Assembly: GCF_009914755.1 (NCBI RefSeq)
Contig: NC_060937.1
Reading direction: 5' to 3' (one strand)
Source: the human T2T-CHM13v2.0 reference genome, Homo sapiens
Length of the DNA stretch: 64,000 nt
Below the pieces are notes generated by a model that ran no database searches, had not been told where the DNA came from, and was given only the letters and a program-made list of their open reading frames with translations. A program made the translations under genes and the position numbers. This document shows positions 1-14,177 of this stretch, one piece after another. How positions within the stretch are numbered: position 1 is the first letter of the stretch; every line of letters begins with the position of its first letter.

Positions 1-3000
1 AAAGTACCCCAAATATATATTATATACTGTACATAAAATATCAAAGTACCAATAATACATATTATACACTGTACATAAAATATCAAAGGACCCAAAATAA
101 ACATTATATACTGTACATAAAATCTCCAAATACTCAAAATATATATTACATACTGTACATAAAATATCAAAGTACCCAAATTATGTGTTATATACTGTAC
201 GTAATATATCAGAGTACCCAAAATATGCATTATATACTGTACATAAAATATGAAAGTAAAAAAACATTTATAATAAACTGTACATAAAATATCAAAGTAC
301 TCAAACTATATATCATATACTGTACATAAAATATCAAAGTACCCAAACTGTGTATTATTATATACTGTATATAAAATATCAAAGTACCTGAAATATATAC
401 TGTATACTGTACATAAAATATCAAAGTACCCAAAATATATACTATATACTGTACATAAAATATGAAGGTACATCAAATATATATTATATCCTGTACATAA
501 AATATCAAAGTACACCTATTATATATTGTGTACTGCACATAATATATTAAATCGCCCAAATATATATTGTATACTGTATATAAAATATGAAGGTACTTCA
601 AATATATATTATATGCTGCACATAAAATATCAAAGTACCCAAAGTATGCATTACATACTGTACATAAAATATCAAATTACACAAATTATATATTATATTC
701 TGTACATAAAATATGTAGGTTCTTCAAATATATTTTATATTCTGTACATAATATATCAAAGTACATCAAATATATATTATATACGGTACATAAAATATCA
801 AAGTACCCAAAATATGTATTAATTACTGTGCATAAAATATGAAAGTAACCAAACATTTATAATAAACTGTACATAAAATATCAAACTACTCAATCTACAT
901 ATTATATACAGTATATAAAATATCAAAGTACACAAACTGTATATTATATACTGTACATAATATATCAAAGTACCCAGAATATATAGCATACTGTACATAC
1001 AATATCAAAGTACCCAGAATGTATATTGTATTCTGTACATAAAATATGAATGTACATCAAAGATATATTATATTCTGTACATAAAATATCAAAGTACACC
1101 AAATATATATTATATGCTGTACATAATATATTAAAGTTGCCCATGCATACATTTTATACTGTACATAAAATATGAAGGTACATCAAATATATAGTATATG
1201 CTGCACATAAAATATCAAAGTACCCAAAGTATGTATTATATACTGTACATAAAATATCAAAGTACCAAAAGTATATATTACCTACTGTAAATAAAATATG
1301 AAGATACCTCAAATATATATTATATTCTGTACATGAAATATCAAAGTACACCAAGTATATACTATATAGTCTACATAAAATATTAAATTACCCAAAATAT
1401 GTATTGTATTGTGTACATAAAATATGAAAGTAACCAAACATTTATAATAAACTGTACATAAAATATCAAAGTACTCAAACTTTATATTATATACTGTACA
1501 TAAAGTATCAAAGTACCCAAACTGTGTAGTATATACTGTACATAAAATATCAAGGTACCCAAAATGTATATTGTAAACTGTAGATAAAATATCAAAGTAC
1601 CCAAAATATATATTATATACTGTACATAAAATATGAAGGCTCATCCAATATATATTATATTCTGTACATAAAATATCAAAGTACACCAAATGTATATTAT
1701 ATACTGTACATAAAATATAAAACTACCCCAAATATATCTTATATACTCTACATAAAATATCAAAGTACCCAAAATATATATTATATACTGTACATAAAAT
1801 ATCAAAGTACCCATAGTATGTATTATATCCTGTACATAAAATATGAAGGTACGTCAAATATATATTCTATTCTGCACATAAAATATCATATTGCACCAAA
1901 TATATATTGTATACTGTATATAAAATATGAAGGTAATTCAAATATATATTATATGCTGCACATAAAATATCAAAGTACCCAAAGTATGCATTATATACTG
2001 TACATAAAATATCAAAGTACCCAAAGTGTATATTATATACTGTACATAAAATATGAAGGTTCATCAAATATATTTTATATTCTGCACATAATATATCAAA
2101 GTACAGCAAATATATATTATATACTGTACATAAAATATCAAAGTACCCAAAATATGTATTATATACTGTACATAAAATATGAAAGTAACCAAACATTTAT
2201 AATAAACTGTACATAAAATATCAAAGTACTCAAACTACATATTATATACAGTATATAAAATGTCAAAGTACCCAAACTGTATATTATATACTGTACATAA
2301 TATATCAAAGTACCCGAATATATAGCATACTGTACATAAAATATCAAAGTACCCAAAATATATATTGTATACTGTACATAAAATATGAAGGTACATCAAA
2401 GATATATTATATTCTGTACATAAAATATCAAAGTACACCAAATATATATTATATGCTGTACAGAATATATTAAAGTCGACCAAATATATATTATATACTG
2501 TACATAAAATATGAAGGTACATCAAATATATATTATATGCTGCACATAAAATATCAAAGTACCCAAAGTATGTATTATATACTGTACATAAAATTTAAAA
2601 TACCCCAAATATATATTATATCCTGTACATAAAATATCAAAGTACCCAAAATATATATTGTAAATTGTACATAAAATATCAAAGTAGCCAAAATATATAT
2701 TGTATACTGTACATAAAATATGAAGGTACATCAAATATATATTATATCCTGTACATAAAATATCAAAGTACCCAAAATATATATTGTAAATTGTACATAA
2801 AATATCAAAGTAGCCAAAATATATATTGTATACTGTACATAAAATATAAAAGTACCCCAAATATGTATTATATACTGTACATAAAATATCAAAGTACCGA
2901 TAATACATATTATATACTGTACATAAAATATCAAAGGACCCAAAATAAACATTATATACTGTACATAAAATATCCAAATACTCAAAATATATATTACATA

Positions 3001-6000
3001 CTGTACATAAAATATCAAAGTACCCAAATTATGTATTATATACTGTACGTAAAATATCAGAGTACCCAAAATATGCATTATATACTGTACATAAAATATG
3101 AAAGTAACAAAACATTTATAATAAACTGTACATAAAATATCAAAGTACTCAAACTATATATCATATACTGTACATAAAATATCAAAGTACCCAAACTGTA
3201 TATTATTATATACTGTATATAAAATATCAAAGTACCTGAAATATATATTGTATACTGTACATAAAATATCAAAGTACCCAAAATATATACTATATACTGT
3301 ACATAAAATATGAAGGTACATAAATATATATTATATCCTGTACATAAAATATCAAAGTACACCTATTATATATTGTGTACTCTACATAATATATTAAGTC
3401 GCCCAAATATATATTGTATACTGTATATAAAATATGAAGGTACTTCAAATATATATTATATGCTGCACATAAAATATCAAAGTACCCAAGGTATGCATTA
3501 CATACTGTACATAAAATATCAAAGTACACATATTATATATTATATAATATACATAAAATATGAAGGTTCATCAAATATATATTATATTCTGTACATAATA
3601 TATCAAAGTACATCAAATATATATTATATACTGTACATAAAATATCAAAGTACCAAAAATATGTATTATATACTGTACATAAAATATGAAAGTAACCAAA
3701 CATTTATAATATACTGTACATAAAATATCAAAGTACTCAGTCTACATATTACATACAGTATATAAAATATCAAAGTACACACACTGTATATTATATACTG
3801 TACATAATATATCAAAGTACCCAGAATATATAACATACTGTACATAAAATATCAAAGTACCCGAAATATATATGGTATACTGTACATAAAATATGAAGGT
3901 ACATCAAAGATATATTATATTCTGTACATAAAATATCAAACTACACCAAATATATATTATATGCTGTACATAATATATTAAAGTTGCCCAAATACACATT
4001 CTATACTGTACATAAAATATGAACGTACATCAAATATATAGTATATGCTGCACATAAAATATCAAAGTACCCAAAGTTTGTATTATACACTGTACATAAA
4101 ATATCAAAGTACCAAAAGTATATATTACATACTGTAAATAAAATATGAAGGTACCTCAAATATATATTATATTCTGTACATAAAATATCAAAGTACACCA
4201 AGTATATACTATATACTCTGCATAAAATATTAAATTACCCAAAATATGTATTGTATTGTGTACATAAAATATGAAAGTAACCAAACATTTATAATAAACT
4301 GTACATAAAATATCAAAGTACTCAAACTGTATATTATATACTGTACATAAAGTATCAAAGTACCCAAACTGTGTAGTATATACTGTACATAAAATATCAA
4401 GGTACCCAAAATATATATTGTAAACTGTAGATAAAATATCAAAGTACCCAAAATATATATTATATACTGTACATAAAATATGAAGTCACATCCAATATAT
4501 ATTATATTCTGTACATAAAATATCAAAGTACACCAAATGTATATTATATACTGTACATAAAATATCAAAGTACCCAAAGTGTATATTATATACTGTACAT
4601 AAAATATGAAGGTTCATCAAATATATTTTATATTCTGCACATAATATATCAAAGTACAGCAAATATATATTATATACTGTACATAAAATATCAAAGTACC
4701 CAAAATATGTATTATATACTGTACATAAAATATGAAAGTAACCAAACATTTATAATAAACTTTACATAAAGTATCAAAGTACTCAAACTACATATTATAT
4801 ACAGTATATAAAATATCAAAGTACCCCAACTGTATATTATATACTGTACATAATATATCAAAGTACCCAAATATATAGCATACTGTACATAAAATATCAA
4901 AGTACCCAAAATATATATTATATACTGTACATAAAATATCAAAATACCCAAAATATATATTATATACTGTACATAAATTACCAAAGTACCCAAAGTATAT
5001 ATTATGTAACGTACAAAAAATATCAAAGTAGCCAAAATATGTATTATACACTGTACTTAATATATGAAAGTACCCAAACATTTATAATAAACTGTAAATA
5101 AAATATCAATGTACTCAAACTATATATTATGTGCGGTACATAAGATATCAAAGTACCCATGCTATATAGTATATACTGTACTTAAAATATCAAAATACCC
5201 AAAATATATATTATATACGTTACATAAACTATCAAATACACAAAGTATGTATTATATACTGTACATAAAATAGCAAAGTTCCCAAAATATGTATTATATA
5301 CTGTACATAAAATATGAAAGTACCCAACCATTTATAATAAACTCTACATAAAATACCAAAGTACCCAAACTGTGTATTATATACTGTCCATAAAATATCA
5401 AAGGACCCAAAATATATATTGTAAACTCTACATAAAATATCAAAGTAGCCAAAATACATATTGTATACTGTACATAAAATATAAAAGTACCCCAAATATA
5501 TATTATATACTGTACATAAAATATCAAAGTACCCATAATACATATTATATACTGTACATAAAATATCAAAGGACCCAAAATAAACATTATATACTGTACA
5601 TAAAATATCCAAATAATCAAAATATATATTACATACTGTACATAAAATATCAAAGTACCCAAATTATGTATTATATACTGTATATAAAATATCAGAGTAC
5701 CCAAAATATGCATTTTATATTGTACATAAAATATGAAGGTACATCAAATATATAGTATATGCTGCACATAAAATATCAAAGTACCCAAAGTATGTATTAT
5801 ATACTGTACATAAAATATCAAAGTACCAAAAGTATATATTACCTACTGTAAATAAAATATGAAGATACCTCAAATATATATTATATTCTGTACATAAAAT
5901 ATCAAAGTGCACCAAGTATATACTATATACTCTACATAAAATATTAAATTACCCAAAATATGTATTGTATTGTGTACATAAAATATGAAAGTAACCAAAC

Positions 6001-8299
6001 ATTTATAATAAACTGTACATAAAATATCAAAGTACTCAAACTTTATATTATATAATGTACATAATATATCAAAGTACCCGAATATATAGCATACTCTACA
6101 TAAAATATCAAAGTACCCAAAGTTTGTATTATACACTGCACATAAAATATGGAGGTACATCAAAGATATATTATATTCTGTACATAAAATATCAAAGTAC
6201 ACCAAATATATGTTATATGCTGTACATAATATATTAAAGTCGACCAAATATATATTATATACTGTACATAAAATATGAAGGTACATCAAATATATATTAT
6301 ATGCTGCACATAAAATATCAAAGTACCCAAAGTATGTGTTATATACTGTACATAAAATATCAAAGTACCCAAAGTATATATTATATACTGTACATAAAAT
6401 ATAAAATACCCCAAATATATATTATATGCTCTACATAAAATATCAAAGTACACAAAATATGTATTATATACTGTACATAAAATACCAAAGGACCCAAAAT
6501 ATATATTATATACTGTACATAAAATATCAAAATACCCAAAATATATATTATATACTGTACATAAAATACCAAAGTACCCAAAGTATATATTATATACCGT
6601 ACAAAAAATATCAAAGTAGCCAAAATATGTATTATACACTGTACATAATATATGAAAGTACCCAAACATTTATAATAAACTGTACATAAAATATCAATGT
6701 ACTCAAACTATATATTATGTGCGGTACATAAGATATCAAAGTACCCATACTATATAGTATATACTGTACTTAAAATATCAAAATACCCAAAATATATATT
6801 ATATACGTTACATAAACTATCAAATACACAAAGTATGTATTATATACTGTACATAAAATAGCAAAGTTCCCAAAATATGTATTATATACTGTACATAAAA
6901 TATGAAAGTACCCAACCATTTATAATAAAGTCTACATAAAATACCAAAGTACCCAAACTGTGTATTATATACTGTCCATAAAATATCAAAGGACCCAAAA
7001 TATATATTGTAAACTCTACATAAAATATCAAAGTAGCCAAAATACATATTGTATACTGTACATAAAATATAAAAGTACCCCAAATATATATTATATACTG
7101 TACATAAAATATCAAAGTACCCATAATACATATTATACACTGTACATAAAATATCAAAGGACCCAAAATAAACATTATATACTGTACATAAAATATCCAA
7201 ATACTCAAAATATATATTACATACTGTACATAAAATATCAAAGTACCCAAATTATGTATTATACACTGTACGTAAAATATCAGAGTACCCAAAATATGCA
7301 TTATATACTGTACATAAAATATGAAAGTAACAAAACATTTATAATAAACTGTACATAAAATATCAAAGTACTCAAACTATATATCATATACTCTACATAA
7401 AATATCAAAGTACCCAAACTGTGTATTATTATATACTGTATATAAAATATCAAAGTACCTGAAATATATACTGTATACTGTACATAAAATATCAAAGTAC
7501 CCAAAATATATACTATATACTGTACATAAAATATGAAGGTACATCAAATATATATTATATCCTGTACATAAAATATCAAAGTACACCTATTATATATTGT
7601 GTACTGTACATAATATATTAAATCGCCCAAATATATATTGTATACTGTATATAAAATATGAAGGTACTTCAAATATATATTATATGCTGCACATAAAATA
7701 TCAAAGTACCCAAGGTATGCATTACATACTGTACATAAAATATCAAAGTACACATATTATCTATTATATAATGTACATAAAATATGAAGGTTCATCAAAT
7801 ATATATTATATTCTGTACATAATATATCAAAGTACATCAAATATATATTATATACTGTACATAAAATATCAAAGTACCAAAAATATGTATTATATACTGT
7901 ACATAAAACATGAAAGTAACCAAACATTTATAATAAACTGTACATAAAATATCAAAGTACTCAATCTACATATTATATACAGTATATAAAATATCAAAGT
8001 ACACAAACTGTATATTATATACGGTACATAATATATCAAAGTACCCAGAATATATAGCATACTGTAAATAAAATATCAAAGTACCCAAAATATATATTGT
8101 ATACTGTACATAAAATATGAAGGTACATCAAAGATATATTATATTCTGTACATAAAATATCAAACTACACCAAATATATATTATATGCTGTACATAATAT
8201 ATTAAAGTTGCCCATATATACATTATATACTGTACATAAAATATGAACGTACATCAAATATATAGTATATGCTGCACATAAAATATCAAAGTACCCAAA

Positions 8300-10430
8300 A
8301 TATATGCTATATACTGTACATAAAATATGAAGGTACATCAAATATATATTATACCCTGTACATAAAATATCAAAGTACACCTATTATATATTGTGTACTG
8401 CACATAATATATTAAATCGCCCAAATATATATTGTATACTGTATATAAAATATGAAGGTACTTCAAATATATATTATATGCTGCACATAAAATATCAAAG
8501 TACCCAAAGTATGCATTACATACTGTACATAAAATATCAAATTACAAAAATTATATATTATATTCTGTACATAAAATATGTAGGTTCTTCAAATATATTT
8601 TATATTCTGTACATAATATATCAAAGTACATCAAATATATATTATATACGGTACATAAAATATCAAAGTACCCAAAATATGTATTAATTACTGTGCATAA
8701 AATATGAAAGTAACCAAACATTTATAATAAACTGTACTTAAAATATCAAACTACTCAATCTACATATTATATACAGTATATAAAATATCAAAGTACACAA
8801 ACTGTATATTATATACTGTACATAATATATCAAAGTACCCAGAATATATAGCATACTGTACATACAATATCAAAGTACCCAGAATGTATATTGTATTCTG
8901 TACATAAAATATGAATGTACATCAAAGATATATTATATTCTGTACATAAAATATCAAAGTACACCAAATATATATTATATGCTGTACATAATATATTAAA
9001 GTTGCCCATGCATACATTTTATACTGTACATAAAATATGAAGGTACATCAAATATATAGTATATGCTGCACATAAAATATCAAAGTACCCAAAGTATGTA
9101 TTATATACTGTACATAAAATATCAAAGTACCAAAAGTATATATTACCTACTGTAAATAAAATATGAAGATACCTCAAATATATATTATATTCTGTACATG
9201 AAATATCAAAGTACACCAAGTATATACTATATACTCTACATAAAATATTAAATTACCCAAAATATGTATTGTATTGTGTACATAAAATATGAAAGTAACC
9301 AAACATTTATAATAAACTGTACATAAAATATCAAAGTACTCAAACTTTATATTATATACTGTACATAAAGTATCAAAGTACCCAAACTGTGTAGTATATA
9401 CTGTACATAAAATATCAAGGTACCCAAAATGTATATTGTAAACTGTAGATAAAATATCAAAGTACCCAAAATATATATTATATACTGTACATAAAATATG
9501 AAGGCTCATCCAATATATATTATATTCTGTACATAAAATATCAAAGTACACCAAATGTATATTATATACTGTACATAAAATATAAAACTACGCCAAATAT
9601 ATCTTATATACTCTACATAAAATATCAAAGTACCCAAAATATATATTATATACTGTACATAAAATATCAAAGTACCCATAGTATGTATTATATCCTGTAC
9701 ATAAAATATGAAGGTACATCAAATATATATTCTATTCTGCACATAAAATATCATATTGCACCAAATATATATTGTATACTGTATATAAAATATGAAGGTA
9801 CTTCAAATATATATTATATGCTGCACATAAAATATCAAAGTACCCAAAGTATGCATTATATACTGTACATAAAATATCAAAGTACCCAAAGTGTATATTA
9901 TATACTGTACATAAAATATGAAGGTTCATCAAATATATTTTATATTCTGCACATAATATATCAAAGTACAGCAAATATATATTATATACTGTACATAAAA
10001 TATCAAAGTACCCAAAATATGTATTATATACTGTACATAAAATATGAAAGTAACCAAACATTTATAATAAACTGTACATAAAATATCAAAGTACTCAAAC
10101 TACATATTATATACAGTATATAAAATGTCAAAGTACCCACACTGTATATTATATACTGTACATAATATATCAAAGTACCCAAATATATAGCATACTGTAC
10201 ATAAAATATCAAAGTACCCAAAGTGTGTGTTATACACTGCACATAAAATATGAAGGTACATCAAAGATATATTATATTCTGTACATAAAATATCAAAGTA
10301 CACCAAATATATATTATATGCTGTACAGAATATATTAAAGTCGACCAAATATATATTATATACTGTACATAAAATATGAAGGTACATCAAATATATATTA
10401 TATGCTGCACATAAAATATCAAAGTACCCA
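8300..10430 (+). repeat. Close paralog of ~435-2565, offset 7865
   Basis: ORF pairs 526/8391, 1154/9019, 1818/9683 and 2522/10387. Shared variants TTAATTACTGTGC, CCCATGCATAC and GGCTCATCC. Confidence 0.75.
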
Positions 10431-11154
10431 AAGTATGTATTATATACTGTACATAAAATATCAAAGTACCCAAAGTATATATTATATACTGTACATAAAA
10501 TATAAAATACCCCAAATATATATTATATCCTGTACATAAAATATCAAAGTACCCAAAATATATATTGTAAACTGTACATAAAATATCAAAGTAGCCAAAA
10601 TATATATTGTATACTGTCCATAAAATATAAAAGTACCCCAAATATGTATTATATACTGTACATAAAATATCAAAGTACCGATAATACATATTATATACTG
10701 TACATAAAATATCAAAGGACCCAAAATAAACATTATATACTGTACATAAAATATCCAAATACTCAAAATATATATTACATACTGTACATAAAATATCAAA
10801 GTACCCAAATTATGTATTATATACTGTACGTAAAATATCAGAGTACCCAAAATATGCATTATATACTGTACATAAAATATGAAAGTAACAAAACATTTAT
10901 AATAAACTGTACATAAAATATCAAAGTACTCAAACTATATATCATATACTGTACATAAAATATCAAAGTACCCAAACTGTGTATTATTATATACTGTATA
11001 TAAAATATCAAAGTACCTGAAATATATATTGTATACTGTACATAAAATATCAAAGTACCCAAAATATATACTATATACTGTACATAAAATATGAAGGTAC
11101 ATCAAATATATATTATATCCTGTACATAAAATATCAAAGTACACCTATTATATA

Positions 11155-14100
11155 TTGTGTACTGTACATAATATATTAAATCGCCCAAATATATATTGTA
11201 TACTGTATATAAAATATGAAGGTACTTCCAATATATATTATATGCTGCACATAAAATATCAAAGTACCCAAGGTATGCATTACATACTGTACATAAAATA
11301 TCAAAGTACACATATTATATATTATATAATATACATAAAATATGAAGGTTCATCAAATATATATTATATTCTGTACATAATATATCAAAGTACATCAAAT
11401 ATATATTATATACTGTACATAAAATATCAAAGTACCAAAAATATGTATTATATACTGTACATAAAATATGAAAGTAACCAAACATTTATAATAAACTGTA
11501 CATAAAATATCAAAGTACTCAGTCTACATATTATATACAGTATATAAAATATCAAAGTACACACACTGTATATTATATACTGTACATAATATATCAAAAT
11601 ACCCAGAATATATAGCATACTGTACATAAAATATCAAAGTACCCAAAATATATATTGTATACTGTACATAAAATATGAAGGTACATCAAAGATATATTAT
11701 ATTCTGTACATAAAATATCAAACTACACCAAATATATATTATATGCTGTACATAATATATTAAAGTTGCCCATATATACATTATATACTGTACATAAAAT
11801 ATGAACGTACATCAAATATATAGTATATGCTGCACATAAAATATCAAAGTACCCAAAGTATGTATTATACACTGTACATAAAATATCAAAGTACCAAAAG
11901 TATATATTACATACTGTAAATAAAATATGAAGGTACCTCAAATATATATTATATTCTGTACATAAAACATCAAAGTACACCAAGTATATACTATATACTC
12001 TGCATAAAATATTAAATTACCCAAAATATGTATTGCATTGTGTACATAAAATATGAAAGTAACCAAACATTTATAATAAACTGTACATAAAATTTCAAAG
12101 TACTCAAACTGTATATTATATACTGTACATAAAGTATCAAAGTACCCAAACTGTGTAGTATATACTGTACATAAAATATCAAGGTACCCAAAATATATAT
12201 TGTAAACTGTAGATAAAATATCAAAGTACCCAAAATATATATTATATACTGTACATAAAATATGAAGGCACATCCAATATATACTATATTCTGTACATAA
12301 AATATCAAAGTACACCAAATGTATATTATATACTGTACAAAAAATATCAAAGTACCCAAAGTGTATATTATATACTGTACATAAAATATGAAGGTTCATC
12401 AAATATATTTTATATTCTGCACATAATATATCAAAGTACAGCAAATATATATTATATACTGTACATAAAATATCAAAGTACCCAAAATATGTATTATATA
12501 CTGTACATAAAATATGAAAGTAACCAAACATTTATAATAAACTGTACATAAAGTATCAAAGTACTCAAACTACATATTATATACAGTATATAAAATGTCA
12601 AAGTACCCAAACTGTATATTATATACTGTACATAATATATCAAAGTACCCGAATATATAGCATACTGTACATAAAATATCAAGGTACCCAAAGTGTGTAT
12701 TATACACTGCACATAAAATATGAAGGTACATAAAATATATATTGTATTCTGTACATAAAATATCAAAGTACTCCAAATATATATTATATGCTGTACATAA
12801 TATATTATAGTCGCCCAAATATATATTATATACTGTACATAAAATATGAAGGTACATCAAATATATATTATATGCTGCACATAAAATATCAAAGTACCCA
12901 AAGTATGTGTTATATACTGTACATAAAATATCAAAGTACCCAATGTATATATTATATACTGTACATAAAATATAAAATACCCCAAATATATATTATATGC
13001 TATACATAAAATATCAAAGTACACAAAATATGTATTATATACTGTACATAAAATACCAAAGGACCCAAAATATATATTATATACTGTACATAAAATATCA
13101 AAATACCCAAAATATATATTATATACTGTACATAAAATACCAAAGTACCCAAAGTATATATTATATACCGTACAAAAAATATCAAAGTAGCCAAAATATG
13201 TATTATACACTGTACATAATATATGAAAGTACCCAAACATTTATAATAAACTGTACATAAAATATCAATGTACTCAAACTATATATTATCTGCGGTACAT
13301 AAGATATCAAAGTACCCATACTATATAGTATATACTGTACTTAAAATATCAAAATACCCAAAATATATATTATATACGTTACATAAACTATCAAATACAC
13401 AAAGTATGTATTATATACTGTACATAAAATAGAAAAGTTCCCAAAATATGTATTATATATATTATAAATATGTACATAAAATATGAAAGTACCCAACCAT
13501 TTATAATAAACTCTACATAAAACACCAAAGTACCCAAACTGTGTATTATATACTGTCCATAAAATATCAAAGTACCCAAAATATATATTGTAAACTGTAC
13601 ATAAAATATCAAAGTAGCCAAAATACATATTGTATACTGTACATAAAATATAAAAGTACCCCAAATATATATTATATACTGTACATAAAATATCAAAGTA
13701 CCCATAATACATATTATATACTGTACATAAAATATCAAAGGACCCAAAATAAACATTATATACTGTACATAAAATATCCAAATACTCAAAATATATATTA
13801 CATACTGTACATAAAATATCAAAGTACCCAAATTATGTACTATATACTGTACGTAAAATATCAGAGTACCCAAAATATGCGTTATATACTGTACATAAAA
13901 TATGAAAGTAACAAAACATTTATAATAAACTGTACATAAAATATCAAAGTACTCAAACTATATATCATATACTGTACATAAAATATCAAAGTACCCAAAC
14001 TGTGTATTATTATATACTGTATATAAAATATCAAAGTACCTGAAATATATATTGTATACTGTACATAAAATATCAAAGTACACAAAATATATACTATATA

Positions 14101-14177
14101 CTGTACATAAAATATGAAGGTACATCAAATATATATTATATCCTGTACATAAAATAACAAAGTACACCTATTATATA
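11155..14177 (+). repeat. Full-length type-B HOR unit, 3023 bp (3013 plus a 10-bp insertion), about 72 monomers
   Basis: Distance between successive anchor motifs TTGTGTACTGTACATAATATATTAAATCGCCCAAAT at 11155 and 14178. B markers are GTACACATATTAT and TGAACGTACATC, and the 294-bp A block is absent. Confidence 0.85.
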
